The translations under genes were made by a program, and so were the position numbers. From a virus, in the IMG/VR virus record IMGVR_UViG_3300032954_000005, positions 1-64,000 of that record: 64,000 nt of DNA; one strand, given 5' to 3'. Numbering within the stretch: position 1 is the stretch's first letter; every line of letters begins with the position of its first letter. The notes beneath the pieces were generated by a model. The model saw nothing but the letters and a program-made list of their open reading frames with translations. It did not search any database and had not been told where the DNA came from. Below, piece by piece: positions 56,369-64,000 of this stretch.

Positions 56369-56944
56369 TTAAGCTCCCATCATTGGGCCCACCGCGCGGA
56401 GGTTGTTGTCTGGGCAAACCCTGAACCTTTGGATTCCGTACTGGTTCGCCGTGGGCCAAACTGAGCCCCCGCCCAGCACGTTCGCGGGCCACGCGACCGT
56501 GCGCCCGCCCACGCCGTCCTGCTGAAATTGAAACTCGATCGGGAGTCCAGGGGTCGCGTGGATCACCGTGGGTGCGGTGACGTTCCCCGTCAGCAGCATG
56601 TAGAAGTTCCAGCCCAGCGAGCAGTCGAACACCGGGTTGGCGCTGTAGGGGACGACGATGATCCCCGTGATCAACGGAAGCGTCGAGTCCAGCAGCACCT
56701 GAAGGGTCGCCGCCAGGGTCGCGGTGCTGGCGTCAGAGGTAGAGTAGCCGTTGATCGCGAGCATCTGCCCCAGCGCCGCGCACATCACCGACCACTGGCG
56801 AAACATTTTGTTCATGCGCGCGGAGGGCATAATGTCGTCCACGGCGATCCCGTTTAGGCGCTGGGTGTCAGTAAGGTACGTCGAGTCGGACTCCTGGTTC
56901 GCCTCAGTCGGGTTCCACTCCAAAAAGTTTGTGCTTGACGGCAT
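56369..56944 (-). CDS. Short tail-fibre base/adaptor (no signal peptide)
   Basis: N-terminal baseplate-attachment-like segment (SARMNKMFRQ.SVM.AALGQ); C-terminal QQDGVGGRTVAWP. Confidence 0.7.
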   Translation of the reverse strand: MPSSTNFLEWNPTEANQESDSTYLTDTQRLNGIAVDDIMPSARMNKMFRQWSVMCAALGQMLAINGYSTSDASTATLAATLQVLLDSTLPLITGIIVVPYSANPVFDCSLGWNFYMLLTGNVTAPTVIHATPGLPIEFQFQQDGVGGRTVAWPANVLGGGSVWPTANQYGIQRFRVCPDNNLRAVGPMMGA

Positions 56945-56956
56945 TTAGTTCGTCCT

Positions 56957-57595
56957 TTAGGCCGCGTGCCCCAGGTCGGCGCCCGCGATAAACGAGTTGC
57001 TTAGGTCCGCGCCAAAGATCGGCGTCTCACTGAAGATATAGTTGATCAGCACCCCCTCGGGGCGCGGCACGATCAGGTCGTGAGTGATTATCTCCTCGAT
57101 GATCGACGTGAACGAGCCGGTGAGGATGACGTTGAACGTCATGTCCTGGTTGTCCTGCACCACCAGCCGCCCGTTAGGAAATAGGCCCAGCCAGAGTTGC
57201 TGTAGGCCGTCGATCGTGCCGTTCCACGTGTTCCGCCCGATCTGCGCCTGGAGCAGGATCCGGTAGGTCGCGTCGTCGAGGATCGGGGACCCCGACGTCG
57301 GCTGAAACGGAAGCGTTCGGCTTACCCCCACGATCTCGCCGAGAACGTCGAGCTGCGCCCCCACCGCAGTCGCCAGGTCAAACGCGTTGAAAAAGCTGTA
57401 CAGGCAGTTGGTGATGTCGTCCAAAAACTGAAGCGCCGCCGCGGCCCACGCTAAGAGCTTCTGGGACTGCTGGTACTGCGACGTAAAACGCGCCAGGTAG
57501 TACGAGACAGGCTCGGAAAAGGTCGGTTCCCCCCCGCCCCCGTACGGCCCCACGCCGTAGCCCCCCGCACCGTAGCCGATGAAGGTTGGTGGCAT
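56957..57595 (-). CDS. Baseplate wedge protein (DUF2612-like)
   Basis: FDLATAVGAQLDVLGEIVGVSR, LDDATYR, PRPEGV. Confidence 0.85.
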   Translation of the reverse strand: MPPTFIGYGAGGYGVGPYGGGGEPTFSEPVSYYLARFTSQYQQSQKLLAWAAAALQFLDDITNCLYSFFNAFDLATAVGAQLDVLGEIVGVSRTLPFQPTSGSPILDDATYRILLQAQIGRNTWNGTIDGLQQLWLGLFPNGRLVVQDNQDMTFNVILTGSFTSIIEEIITHDLIVPRPEGVLINYIFSETPIFGADLSNSFIAGADLGHAA

Positions 57596-59019
57596 TAGAC
57601 CAGATTCACCGTAACGTTTCCCGTCACGCCCTGTGTTACCTCGTTAAAGTTCACCCCGACGTCCAACGTCTGCGCCGCACCGCTCGCCGTGATGTTTACG
57701 GTGGCGCCCGTTCCCACTCCCGCCCCGGTTTCAAGAAGCGCCACACCCGTCGCCGTCACGTAGTCCGTACCCGTTTGGATCAGTGAGATGCCCGTGATGT
57801 TTCCGCTTCCCCCCACCGAGGTCACCTTGACCTGGGCCGCGTTGCTGGAGTTATTTTGGTTAACGATCAGGACGTCGTTGACCGCGTAGCCCGTGCCCGC
57901 CGCGTTGATCGTCGCCGTCTGCAGGAGCCCGGAGTGTGCCAACGTCAGCGAACGAATGGAGAAGGTAGGTGCCTCAAGGCTCCCAGCCTGCGCCATCACG
58001 TAGGCGCTCAGCGCGCTCAGCGTCAGCGGCTCCCCGATCTGTAGCGAGTTAAGGTAGCCGACGATCGCCGCCTGAACCGCCGCCTGGGTGGCGCTGTTGT
58101 TGCCGCTGATGATGTGGACTTGCGCCACGACCACGATCGCAACATACGTCGGGCGGTCGAAGCGGATGGTCGTCACGAAGCCCGTGTATGGGTCGGTGAT
58201 CGCCACCGAGGAGGCGCCGTTGGTGTAGCACCCGGGGGTCTTATTGTTGTAGATCGTCTGCGCGACGTTCTGGTCGGTGTCCCCTTCGACCACCGCGGTT
58301 ATGGAGTGGGGCGGATTCCCGTAGATGTCGGTGGCGCCCGTCGGGTTCTCCGCCACCGTCGCGCGCGTCACGTTAGGCAGCGCCTTAAGCCCGGCCAACG
58401 TCCCGTCCACGCGCGTCTGCGAGGGAAGCGCCACGCTCAGGTAAAACCGCGCCCGGAGCTGCGCGTCCGTCTCGATGGGTTGCCCAATCGCCGCCGCGCC
58501 CGCGTTGTTGACCGTGCTCCAGCCCGCGGTGGGATTGTTGATGATACTGATGGTGCTCGGCGCAGCGGAGACCGCGCCCAACGTCTCGCACGTCGCGGTC
58601 ACGTCGATCGTGCCGCTCATGGGGATGGTCACCGTTGAGGGAAGGTCCCAGAGAAACCCGTTCACGTCGCGCGCCACGCCGTTCGCAATCACGGTATTCG
58701 CCGTCCCGGTGATGGTCAAGGTCACGGAGCTCGCGGTCGCCTGCTTGCGCGCGATCCCAGACAGCTTCACGATCCCGTCGAGCCCCGCTCCCACCGCGGT
58801 CGCCGGGCTGCGGTTGAGGTAGACCAGCTGAAGCCCCTGAAGCGTGTCATTGATCTTCAGGCAGACGGTGGAGATCCACTGGTACTCTGCCGCGTCGTTC
58901 CCCACGTACGCACCCGGTCCGTAGATGCTCTGAAACGAGTTCAAAAGAGAGTTGAGAATGTCGAGGTACTGCGAGATCGTGAGTCCCGCGGCGCCGATCG
59001 TCGGCGGCGTGTACGCCAT
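57595..59019 (-). CDS. Baseplate J-like protein
   Basis: A.GAGLD...GIARK.AT.S, ETDAQLRAR, PPHSI..VVEG. Confidence 0.9.
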   Translation of the reverse strand: MAYTPPTIGAAGLTISQYLDILNSLLNSFQSIYGPGAYVGNDAAEYQWISTVCLKINDTLQGLQLVYLNRSPATAVGAGLDGIVKLSGIARKQATASSVTLTITGTANTVIANGVARDVNGFLWDLPSTVTIPMSGTIDVTATCETLGAVSAAPSTISIINNPTAGWSTVNNAGAAAIGQPIETDAQLRARFYLSVALPSQTRVDGTLAGLKALPNVTRATVAENPTGATDIYGNPPHSITAVVEGDTDQNVAQTIYNNKTPGCYTNGASSVAITDPYTGFVTTIRFDRPTYVAIVVVAQVHIISGNNSATQAAVQAAIVGYLNSLQIGEPLTLSALSAYVMAQAGSLEAPTFSIRSLTLAHSGLLQTATINAAGTGYAVNDVLIVNQNNSSNAAQVKVTSVGGSGNITGISLIQTGTDYVTATGVALLETGAGVGTGATVNITASGAAQTLDVGVNFNEVTQGVTGNVTVNLV

Positions 59020-59420
59020 TAAAAGCTCCCCGCGCTGGGCGGCTGCGGCATGTTGGTCACGACCACCGCGCCGAACTGCGTTTGAACCACGGCATAAAAG
59101 TCGAAGGTAAGTGTCGCACGGTTAAAGCTCGCGTAGAGGGACTGAATCCCGTTAGGAAGCACGTAGGGCGTACCCAGGATGCGCTGCTGGATCAGCAGCG
59201 TAATCTTCTGCTGGTTCGCCGGGCTCGCGCTCGCGCCTAAAATCTGCTGCCACAGCGGAAGCCCGTCGAGCGTGTTCTCCCACCACTCCCCCACGAAGAG
59301 CAGCAGCCGCGTCTGAATTGCCTGCGCCACCGCGTCCACGTCCGTCAGGTAGTTCGCCCGCCCCTGCCCGTAGATGGGGTCGTGGTTCGCGTCCAGCTTC
59401 CGATAAAGGATGGTCGCCAT
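59019..59420 (-). CDS. Baseplate wedge/sheath initiator (gp25-like)
   Basis: YRKLD...D..G, AVAQAIQTRLLLF.GEWW. Confidence 0.8.
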   Translation of the reverse strand: MATILYRKLDANHDPIYGQGRANYLTDVDAVAQAIQTRLLLFVGEWWENTLDGLPLWQQILGASASPANQQKITLLIQQRILGTPYVLPNGIQSLYASFNRATLTFDFYAVVQTQFGAVVVTNMPQPPSAGSF

Positions 59421-60122
59421 TTAGACCACGCCTCCCGTGTCGCCGCTTCCCGGCTGGACGCCGCTGTGCTTGTGGCTCAAAAAAACCTTGCCGTCGATCG
59501 TCGTGTTGTCGCCGATGGAAACGGCGGAGTTCCCGATGGTCACCTGATCGCTTCCCGTGATGTTAACGGTCTGCGCCGTGACGTTGATCGTTCCCGTCTC
59601 GACCTCCAGGTTGAGCTCCTGGTCAGCGTAGTCGAGCGTGATGACCACCTTCCCGTCGTCGCTGCGCAGCTGACAGTTGTCTGGATCATAGTTCTGAATT
59701 ACATTGGGCTTTGACCAGCAGCCTAGGATCGCAAAGGGGTCCGACAGGCTGTGCCGGCGTGGCACCAGCGGGTCCTGAACTTCCCCGGACTGCCACCACG
59801 TGTCGATGCACGCGTCGGCGAAGACCAGCAGGCACTCGTCCCCCGGCTGGACCGGGATGGTCAGCGAAAATCCACCGCCGCGCGGGAGCACCACGGGGAC
59901 GTCGGCCAGGTCGGGTATCTCCTCCGTCACCAGCTCCTGGTTTTGAATCGTCACCTCGCGCAGCGCCACGCTCACCACGGCCAGCTGCGTGTCAGCGTCA
60001 AAGCTCCGAACGATGCCCGGCACCGCCACGCGCAGCGCGCAGCTAAGCTGCCAGAGCGGCAGCCGGTACTTGTTGACGTCGATTCCCAGCCGGGTCGGAA
60101 AGTTTACCTGCGGCGTCGACAT
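59421..60122 (-). CDS. Baseplate central spike (Gp138-like)
   Basis: DVPV..PRGGG, GDECLLVFAD..ID.WW, RRHSLSD, C-terminal HKH metal motif. Confidence 0.88.
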   Translation of the reverse strand: MSTPQVNFPTRLGIDVNKYRLPLWQLSCALRVAVPGIVRSFDADTQLAVVSVALREVTIQNQELVTEEIPDLADVPVVLPRGGGFSLTIPVQPGDECLLVFADACIDTWWQSGEVQDPLVPRRHSLSDPFAILGCWSKPNVIQNYDPDNCQLRSDDGKVVITLDYADQELNLEVETGTINVTAQTVNITGSDQVTIGNSAVSIGDNTTIDGKVFLSHKHSGVQPGSGDTGGVV

Positions 60123-61102
60123 TACTGCCCCCAGCCTAAGAGCAGCAGCGCTGCGTTCGTCACCCCGTGCACCTCGCTGTACCACTGCGGGCCGCGGGTG
60201 TCCCCCACGTGGCGCACCGCCGCTACCTTGTAGATGCCGTCCTGGTCGAGGATGCTGACCCTCTGCCCGATTTGCGCTTTGATAAATCTGATCACGCTGT
60301 TGTCAATCTTCGCCTGCTGCGGTGGGTACTGCACTTTAAGCCTAGGATCTAAAAGCACGCGAAAGCTAAGGCCGTCCTGCGTCTGCTGAGGGACGCCGAC
60401 GATCGACCCGGGGGCCGACGCCACCTGCCCGCTTAGGCTGGGCGGGGAGTACGTAAAAATTTCCCCGCTCGTCGCGCTGTCGCTCAGGTCGCTCAGGACG
60501 AGGCCGTCGTCATCCACGTAGTAGGCGTACTGGTTGTCGGCCGCGACCCACGCCAGGAACTCGTCGGGAGTCCCAAAGATGGTCTGCGCCCGTGGAAACT
60601 GCGTCGGCTTAATTCCCTTGGGAATCGTCACGTTGCCCAGCGGGTTAAGCGCCTCCTCCACGATGCGCCTCACCAGCTGCGCCTGCGTCGCGTAGGCCGA
60701 CTGCGCGAAGCTGACGAAGTTGTTGCCCAGCTTGTCGGGACCAATGACGCAGTGAAGGGTCATCTTAAAGTCCACCACGTTGTCCCGTTCCCAGAACGGC
60801 TGAAACAGCTTGCCCTTGAAGATCTGTCCGTAGTTGCCGTTTTCGTACCCCGCGCTGACGGTCACCGTCATGCCCTTTTGTAGCAGCGTTTCAGTGGTCT
60901 TCGTGTTCAGGTTGTAGAGCACGATGTCCCCGTACCAGAACTGCACGTAGCCGGGCTGCAGGATGTCGAACGTCGCGCGCAGGTTCGACGTTTCGTTGAT
61001 GGGCGGGTCAAAGATCGCATTCCCGTCCGCGTCGAGCACCTGGATCTCCCACCGGCGCAGGTACCCTGTGGCGCCCGTCGGCTGCTGCGCGGTCGCGCTC
61101 AC
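60122..61102 (-). CDS. Baseplate hub protein
   Basis: YLRRW, LYNLN, AGYENGNYGQIFKG, GDTRG..WY. Confidence 0.8.
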   Translation of the reverse strand: MSATAQQPTGATGYLRRWEIQVLDADGNAIFDPPINETSNLRATFDILQPGYVQFWYGDIVLYNLNTKTTETLLQKGMTVTVSAGYENGNYGQIFKGKLFQPFWERDNVVDFKMTLHCVIGPDKLGNNFVSFAQSAYATQAQLVRRIVEEALNPLGNVTIPKGIKPTQFPRAQTIFGTPDEFLAWVAADNQYAYYVDDDGLVLSDLSDSATSGEIFTYSPPSLSGQVASAPGSIVGVPQQTQDGLSFRVLLDPRLKVQYPPQQAKIDNSVIRFIKAQIGQRVSILDQDGIYKVAAVRHVGDTRGPQWYSEVHGVTNAALLLLGWGQ

Positions 61103-61452
61103 GGCGTGGGCTGGTCCCCCCACACCAGCACGTAGCCGTCGCCCAGGTTGGTGTTGTCAGGAGAGTCGAACGCCGAGGAGGTGTCGTTCCCCGTGTTGAT
61201 CACGTACGCGCTCCCGATGCCTAGGTAGCCGTACTGCCCCAGGATGTTTGCCGCCGGCCACACGCCCGTCAGCAGCGGCACGCTGTCCAGCAGCAGATTA
61301 CCACTCGCGTCGCTGATCGACAGCACCCAGTAGTCAGCCATCTCGCTGTAGCGCAGCGCGCAGTTCAGCGTTACGGTTTTCCCGTTGACGTCGACCGTCA
61401 CCCGAAAGTTCTGGTTCGGCGCGTTGGTCAGCGGCACAACCTGGTTGCTCAC
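61099..61452 (-). CDS. Baseplate-associated protein
   Basis: PLT..PNQ.F, W.L.I.D..G..L...VPLLTG...L.QY.YLGIG. Confidence 0.7.
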   Translation of the reverse strand: MSNQVVPLTNAPNQNFRVTVDVNGKTVTLNCALRYSEMADYWVLSISDASGNLLLDSVPLLTGVWPAANILGQYGYLGIGSAYVINTGNDTSSAFDSPDNTNLGDGYVLVWGDQPTP

Positions 61453-62201
61453 CGCGCAAGCCCCGTAAGCTGCGTGGCGAGCGACGACCACGTTCCCGCG
61501 CCCGGAATATTGGTTGCTTTCTCAACAATGTGCGTAAGTAACGAATCCTTAGGAAGCAGCGGCTGAAGCGACCCGTCGTGCGTTGCCTGAGACGTCTGGT
61601 CCCGCTGGCTCTGGGCCGGCAAAGGCTGCGTCGCCACGTTGACGATCGCCGGAATGATCTGCTGCAGGCTGATCACCGCCCGCAGGCCGCTGATCGTCTT
61701 ATGGTCGTCGATCACGATAATGTTCTCGATGATCATGTTCGTGTAGGTGCGCAGCCGCGTGGTCAACGTCAGCGGCTGGCGCGACGCCTGAACGCTTAAA
61801 AACGTGTTGTAGGCCGACACCGACTTCGGCCCGCTGGCGTACGCCTTTGCATCGTAGCTGTCCATCGCATCCGACATGCCCACGCTCAGCTCCACACGCG
61901 CCGGAAGCAGGTACATGTGATCGGTGATCGGCGCCCCCGACTGCGTCGGATGCTGCGTCGCCACAGCCGGCTGCTGATGCAGGAGACGCAGTACGGCGTC
62001 GAAGTAGTAGTTCGTGGTGCCGCTTCCCGTCGTGGTCGTCATCACCGCGAGGCTCGTCTGCGGGGGCGCGTTCGTCCACTGCGGCGGGCGCCACGGCCCG
62101 CGCTGCGTGCTGGGCGCAGGCGGGGGCGCGATCGAAAAACGCAGCACCGTCCACGGCGCTTCTAAATTTCCCAGGATCGACTGTGAGCCAAAGTTTCCCA
62201 C
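61449..62201 (-). CDS. Tail tube initiator / Dit-like protein
   Basis: FDAV, T.HP...GA.ITDH, TRLRTY.NM. Confidence 0.75.
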   Translation of the reverse strand: MGNFGSQSILGNLEAPWTVLRFSIAPPPAPSTQRGPWRPPQWTNAPPQTSLAVMTTTTGSGTTNYYFDAVLRLLHQQPAVATQHPTQSGAPITDHMYLLPARVELSVGMSDAMDSYDAKAYASGPKSVSAYNTFLSVQASRQPLTLTTRLRTYTNMIIENIIVIDDHKTISGLRAVISLQQIIPAIVNVATQPLPAQSQRDQTSQATHDGSLQPLLPKDSLLTHIVEKATNIPGAGTWSSLATQLTGLAR

Positions 62202-63860
62202 CTAGCGATAAACCCCCGTGGCCTGTGACAGCGTGCGCTGCGTCTTCTTTACCAGAGCGTCCTCGATCGCGTGAAGGACGACCGTCTCGATCTCCTCCTT
62301 TGACGCCCCGGGCTGCGTGATGTTAATGGTCACCCCTCCCACGTTAAGTTCCCGCTCCTCCACGTCGCGGGCATACTTTTGAACGCTCGCCGGGATCGCG
62401 CCGCCCGTGGCCAGCGCCCGCGCCAGCTTGTCGGGACCCCAGTTGTAAGCCTCCAGGGCGAGGGTCTCGTCCTTAAACTGCCTAAGCAGCTGCTGGTAGT
62501 AGCGAAGCCCGCCCGCGATGTTCTGCTCGTAGTTGAACGGGTCCTTCACCCCCTCGCGAAGCGCAGTGTCGGGCATCAGCTGCATCACGCCCTTCTCGCC
62601 TGATGTGCCCACAGCGTTGGGGTTAAAGTCTGATTCCTGCTTCGCGATGCCCAGGGCCAACCCAGGAGAGATCCCCAGGTTCTGCGCCGTGCTAATGATC
62701 GCCCTCACCACGCGGTCGCGCGTCTCCGCCAAGCTTTGTGCCATCGCGCCCGCGGGAACCCCTGGCGCGGGCGGCGCGGGCGGAAGCGTCGGGGGCCCGC
62801 CGATCGTCTCCTGCGGCATGGGCGTTTCGCCGTAACGGTTAAACAGGAACCACTTGGCCCAGTCAACGATCTGCTTATCCTCGCGGGTAACCCCCAGCGC
62901 CCCCGTCGCCCCCGGCGCGGGCGACCTAACGCCGGCGAGCTGGTCCACGCCTTGCCGAAACAGATCACCCGCCTTCTTAAACTCGCCGTGCCGCGCGGCG
63001 TCGAGCGCGTCGCCAAACTTGTCGAGCCCCTGAAACAGCAGCTTGATATCGGCCCACGTCGTCTTGATTGCCGCGTCCACGTCGTCGATCGCCTTTAGGA
63101 GCTTCTCAAAGGTAAGCGGCCCCGCGAGCGCCTTGTCGCCCGTCAGCTCGCTCACCATGTGAACGAGCCCGGTCGCGACCTCCCGCGCCGCGGCGCCCAG
63201 GTCCTTCGCGATCTGCCACGCCTCCTTGAGCGCCGGCACCAGGTCCGTCGCGATCCCCCGGGAGATCTCCGGGATGCGCGCGATAAAGTTGTTAAGGTAC
63301 TCGTCGAGCCGTTTCACGCCCTCCTGGCTGTCGAGCCCGAAGGCCCGCGCCAGGCTTACCACCACGCTCTGCCCCAAGTACTGAAACGCCACGCCCAGCT
63401 TCGTAAACTCAAAACGGATGTCGCGCAGATTGCGCATCTGCCGCTGGTAATCGCCGCCCAGCTGCTTTTGAAGTAAAGCCTGCTCCTGGATCAGCTCACG
63501 AAAGCGCTCACGCAGCTCAGGGTTCCACGCGATCTGGTCGAGGGAGTAGCCCAGCGCCTCGGACGCGATCTTCATCTTTTTCGCCGCGTCCACCGACATG
63601 TACATCTGCATCGCGTAGAGCTGAAAGTCAAGCTCCCCCTGGGACACGCTGTTTGCGAGCCCTACGGTCGCCGTGGCGATCGCCGCATACGCTCCGACGA
63701 TCGAACCCGTCAGCTTTACGAACATGTTGCCCAATCCGACGGTATGGTGCTCCACCTCCCGCTGTACCTTCGCCAGCGTCTGCTCGAACTGCGCCATCTG
63801 GTTGGTATCAATCTGCCAGCCCAGCGCGACGAGATAACTTTTGATGACGTCGGTGTCCAT
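62202..63860 (-). CDS. Tape measure protein with C-terminal lytic transglycosylase (SLT) domain
   Basis: IKSYLVALG N-terminus, helical body; QESDFNPNAVG..GEKGVMQLMP, NIAGG.RY, AYNWG. Confidence 0.88.
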   Translation of the reverse strand: MDTDVIKSYLVALGWQIDTNQMAQFEQTLAKVQREVEHHTVGLGNMFVKLTGSIVGAYAAIATATVGLANSVSQGELDFQLYAMQMYMSVDAAKKMKIASEALGYSLDQIAWNPELRERFRELIQEQALLQKQLGGDYQRQMRNLRDIRFEFTKLGVAFQYLGQSVVVSLARAFGLDSQEGVKRLDEYLNNFIARIPEISRGIATDLVPALKEAWQIAKDLGAAAREVATGLVHMVSELTGDKALAGPLTFEKLLKAIDDVDAAIKTTWADIKLLFQGLDKFGDALDAARHGEFKKAGDLFRQGVDQLAGVRSPAPGATGALGVTREDKQIVDWAKWFLFNRYGETPMPQETIGGPPTLPPAPPAPGVPAGAMAQSLAETRDRVVRAIISTAQNLGISPGLALGIAKQESDFNPNAVGTSGEKGVMQLMPDTALREGVKDPFNYEQNIAGGLRYYQQLLRQFKDETLALEAYNWGPDKLARALATGGAIPASVQKYARDVEERELNVGGVTINITQPGASKEEIETVVLHAIEDALVKKTQRTLSQATGVYR

Positions 63861-64000
63861 CAGCGGTTCCTTATTTCGTCCAGGTATGCGGCCTCGTTCA
63901 GCTTATTTTCCTCGATAACGTCAAGAAGCAGGTTGATCTCGATGAGGTCATCGACCGTGTAGGTGCCGTCCCACGTCTCGTGCTGCCGCCACAGTCCCGC
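63860..64000 (-). CDS. Tail assembly chaperone (partial, 5' end outside window)
   Basis: Hand translation ...LWRQHETWDGTYTVDDLIEINLLLDVIEEN...; position directly upstream of the tape measure gene. Confidence 0.65.
   Translation of the reverse strand, partial: AGLWRQHETWDGTYTVDDLIEINLLLDVIEENKLNEAAYLDEIRNR

Overview
The whole window is part of a GC-rich tailed phage genome with a contractile (myovirus-type) baseplate; I found no host genes, integrase, tRNA or CRISPR array. The left arm (minus strand) carries terS, terL, about 13.7 kb of tail-spike/fibre-like genes and a DUF1073-type portal that runs off the left edge. An AT-rich iteron region with divergent sigma70-like promoters lies at 18.6-19.3 kb. 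The plus strand then carries a primase-helicase, many small accessory ORFs, a family A DNA polymerase, a Cas4-like exonuclease, HNH, VRR-NUC and SNF2 genes, and a cytosine hypermodification cluster: UDP-sugar dehydrogenase, T4 BGT-like glycosyltransferase, divergent C5-MTase, dNMP kinase-UDG fusion, Asp-type thymidylate synthase homologue, dCMP deaminase and MazG-like pyrophosphatase. A putative early operon (45.0-50.3 kb) is punctuated by five copies of a circularly permuted twister self-cleaving ribozyme (three canonical, one variant, one truncated); four start just after a stop codon. The right arm (minus strand) carries tape measure-SLT, baseplate and more fibre genes. Three observations stand out: (1) the ribozyme-punctuated operon, whose cleaved units could be stabilised or circularised; (2) eight fibre/spike-like or associated proteins that carry Sec signal peptides and are mostly Cys-rich; (3) a putative uronic-acid glycosylation pathway for modified cytosine. 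All family assignments come from motif recognition by eye, not from database searches.
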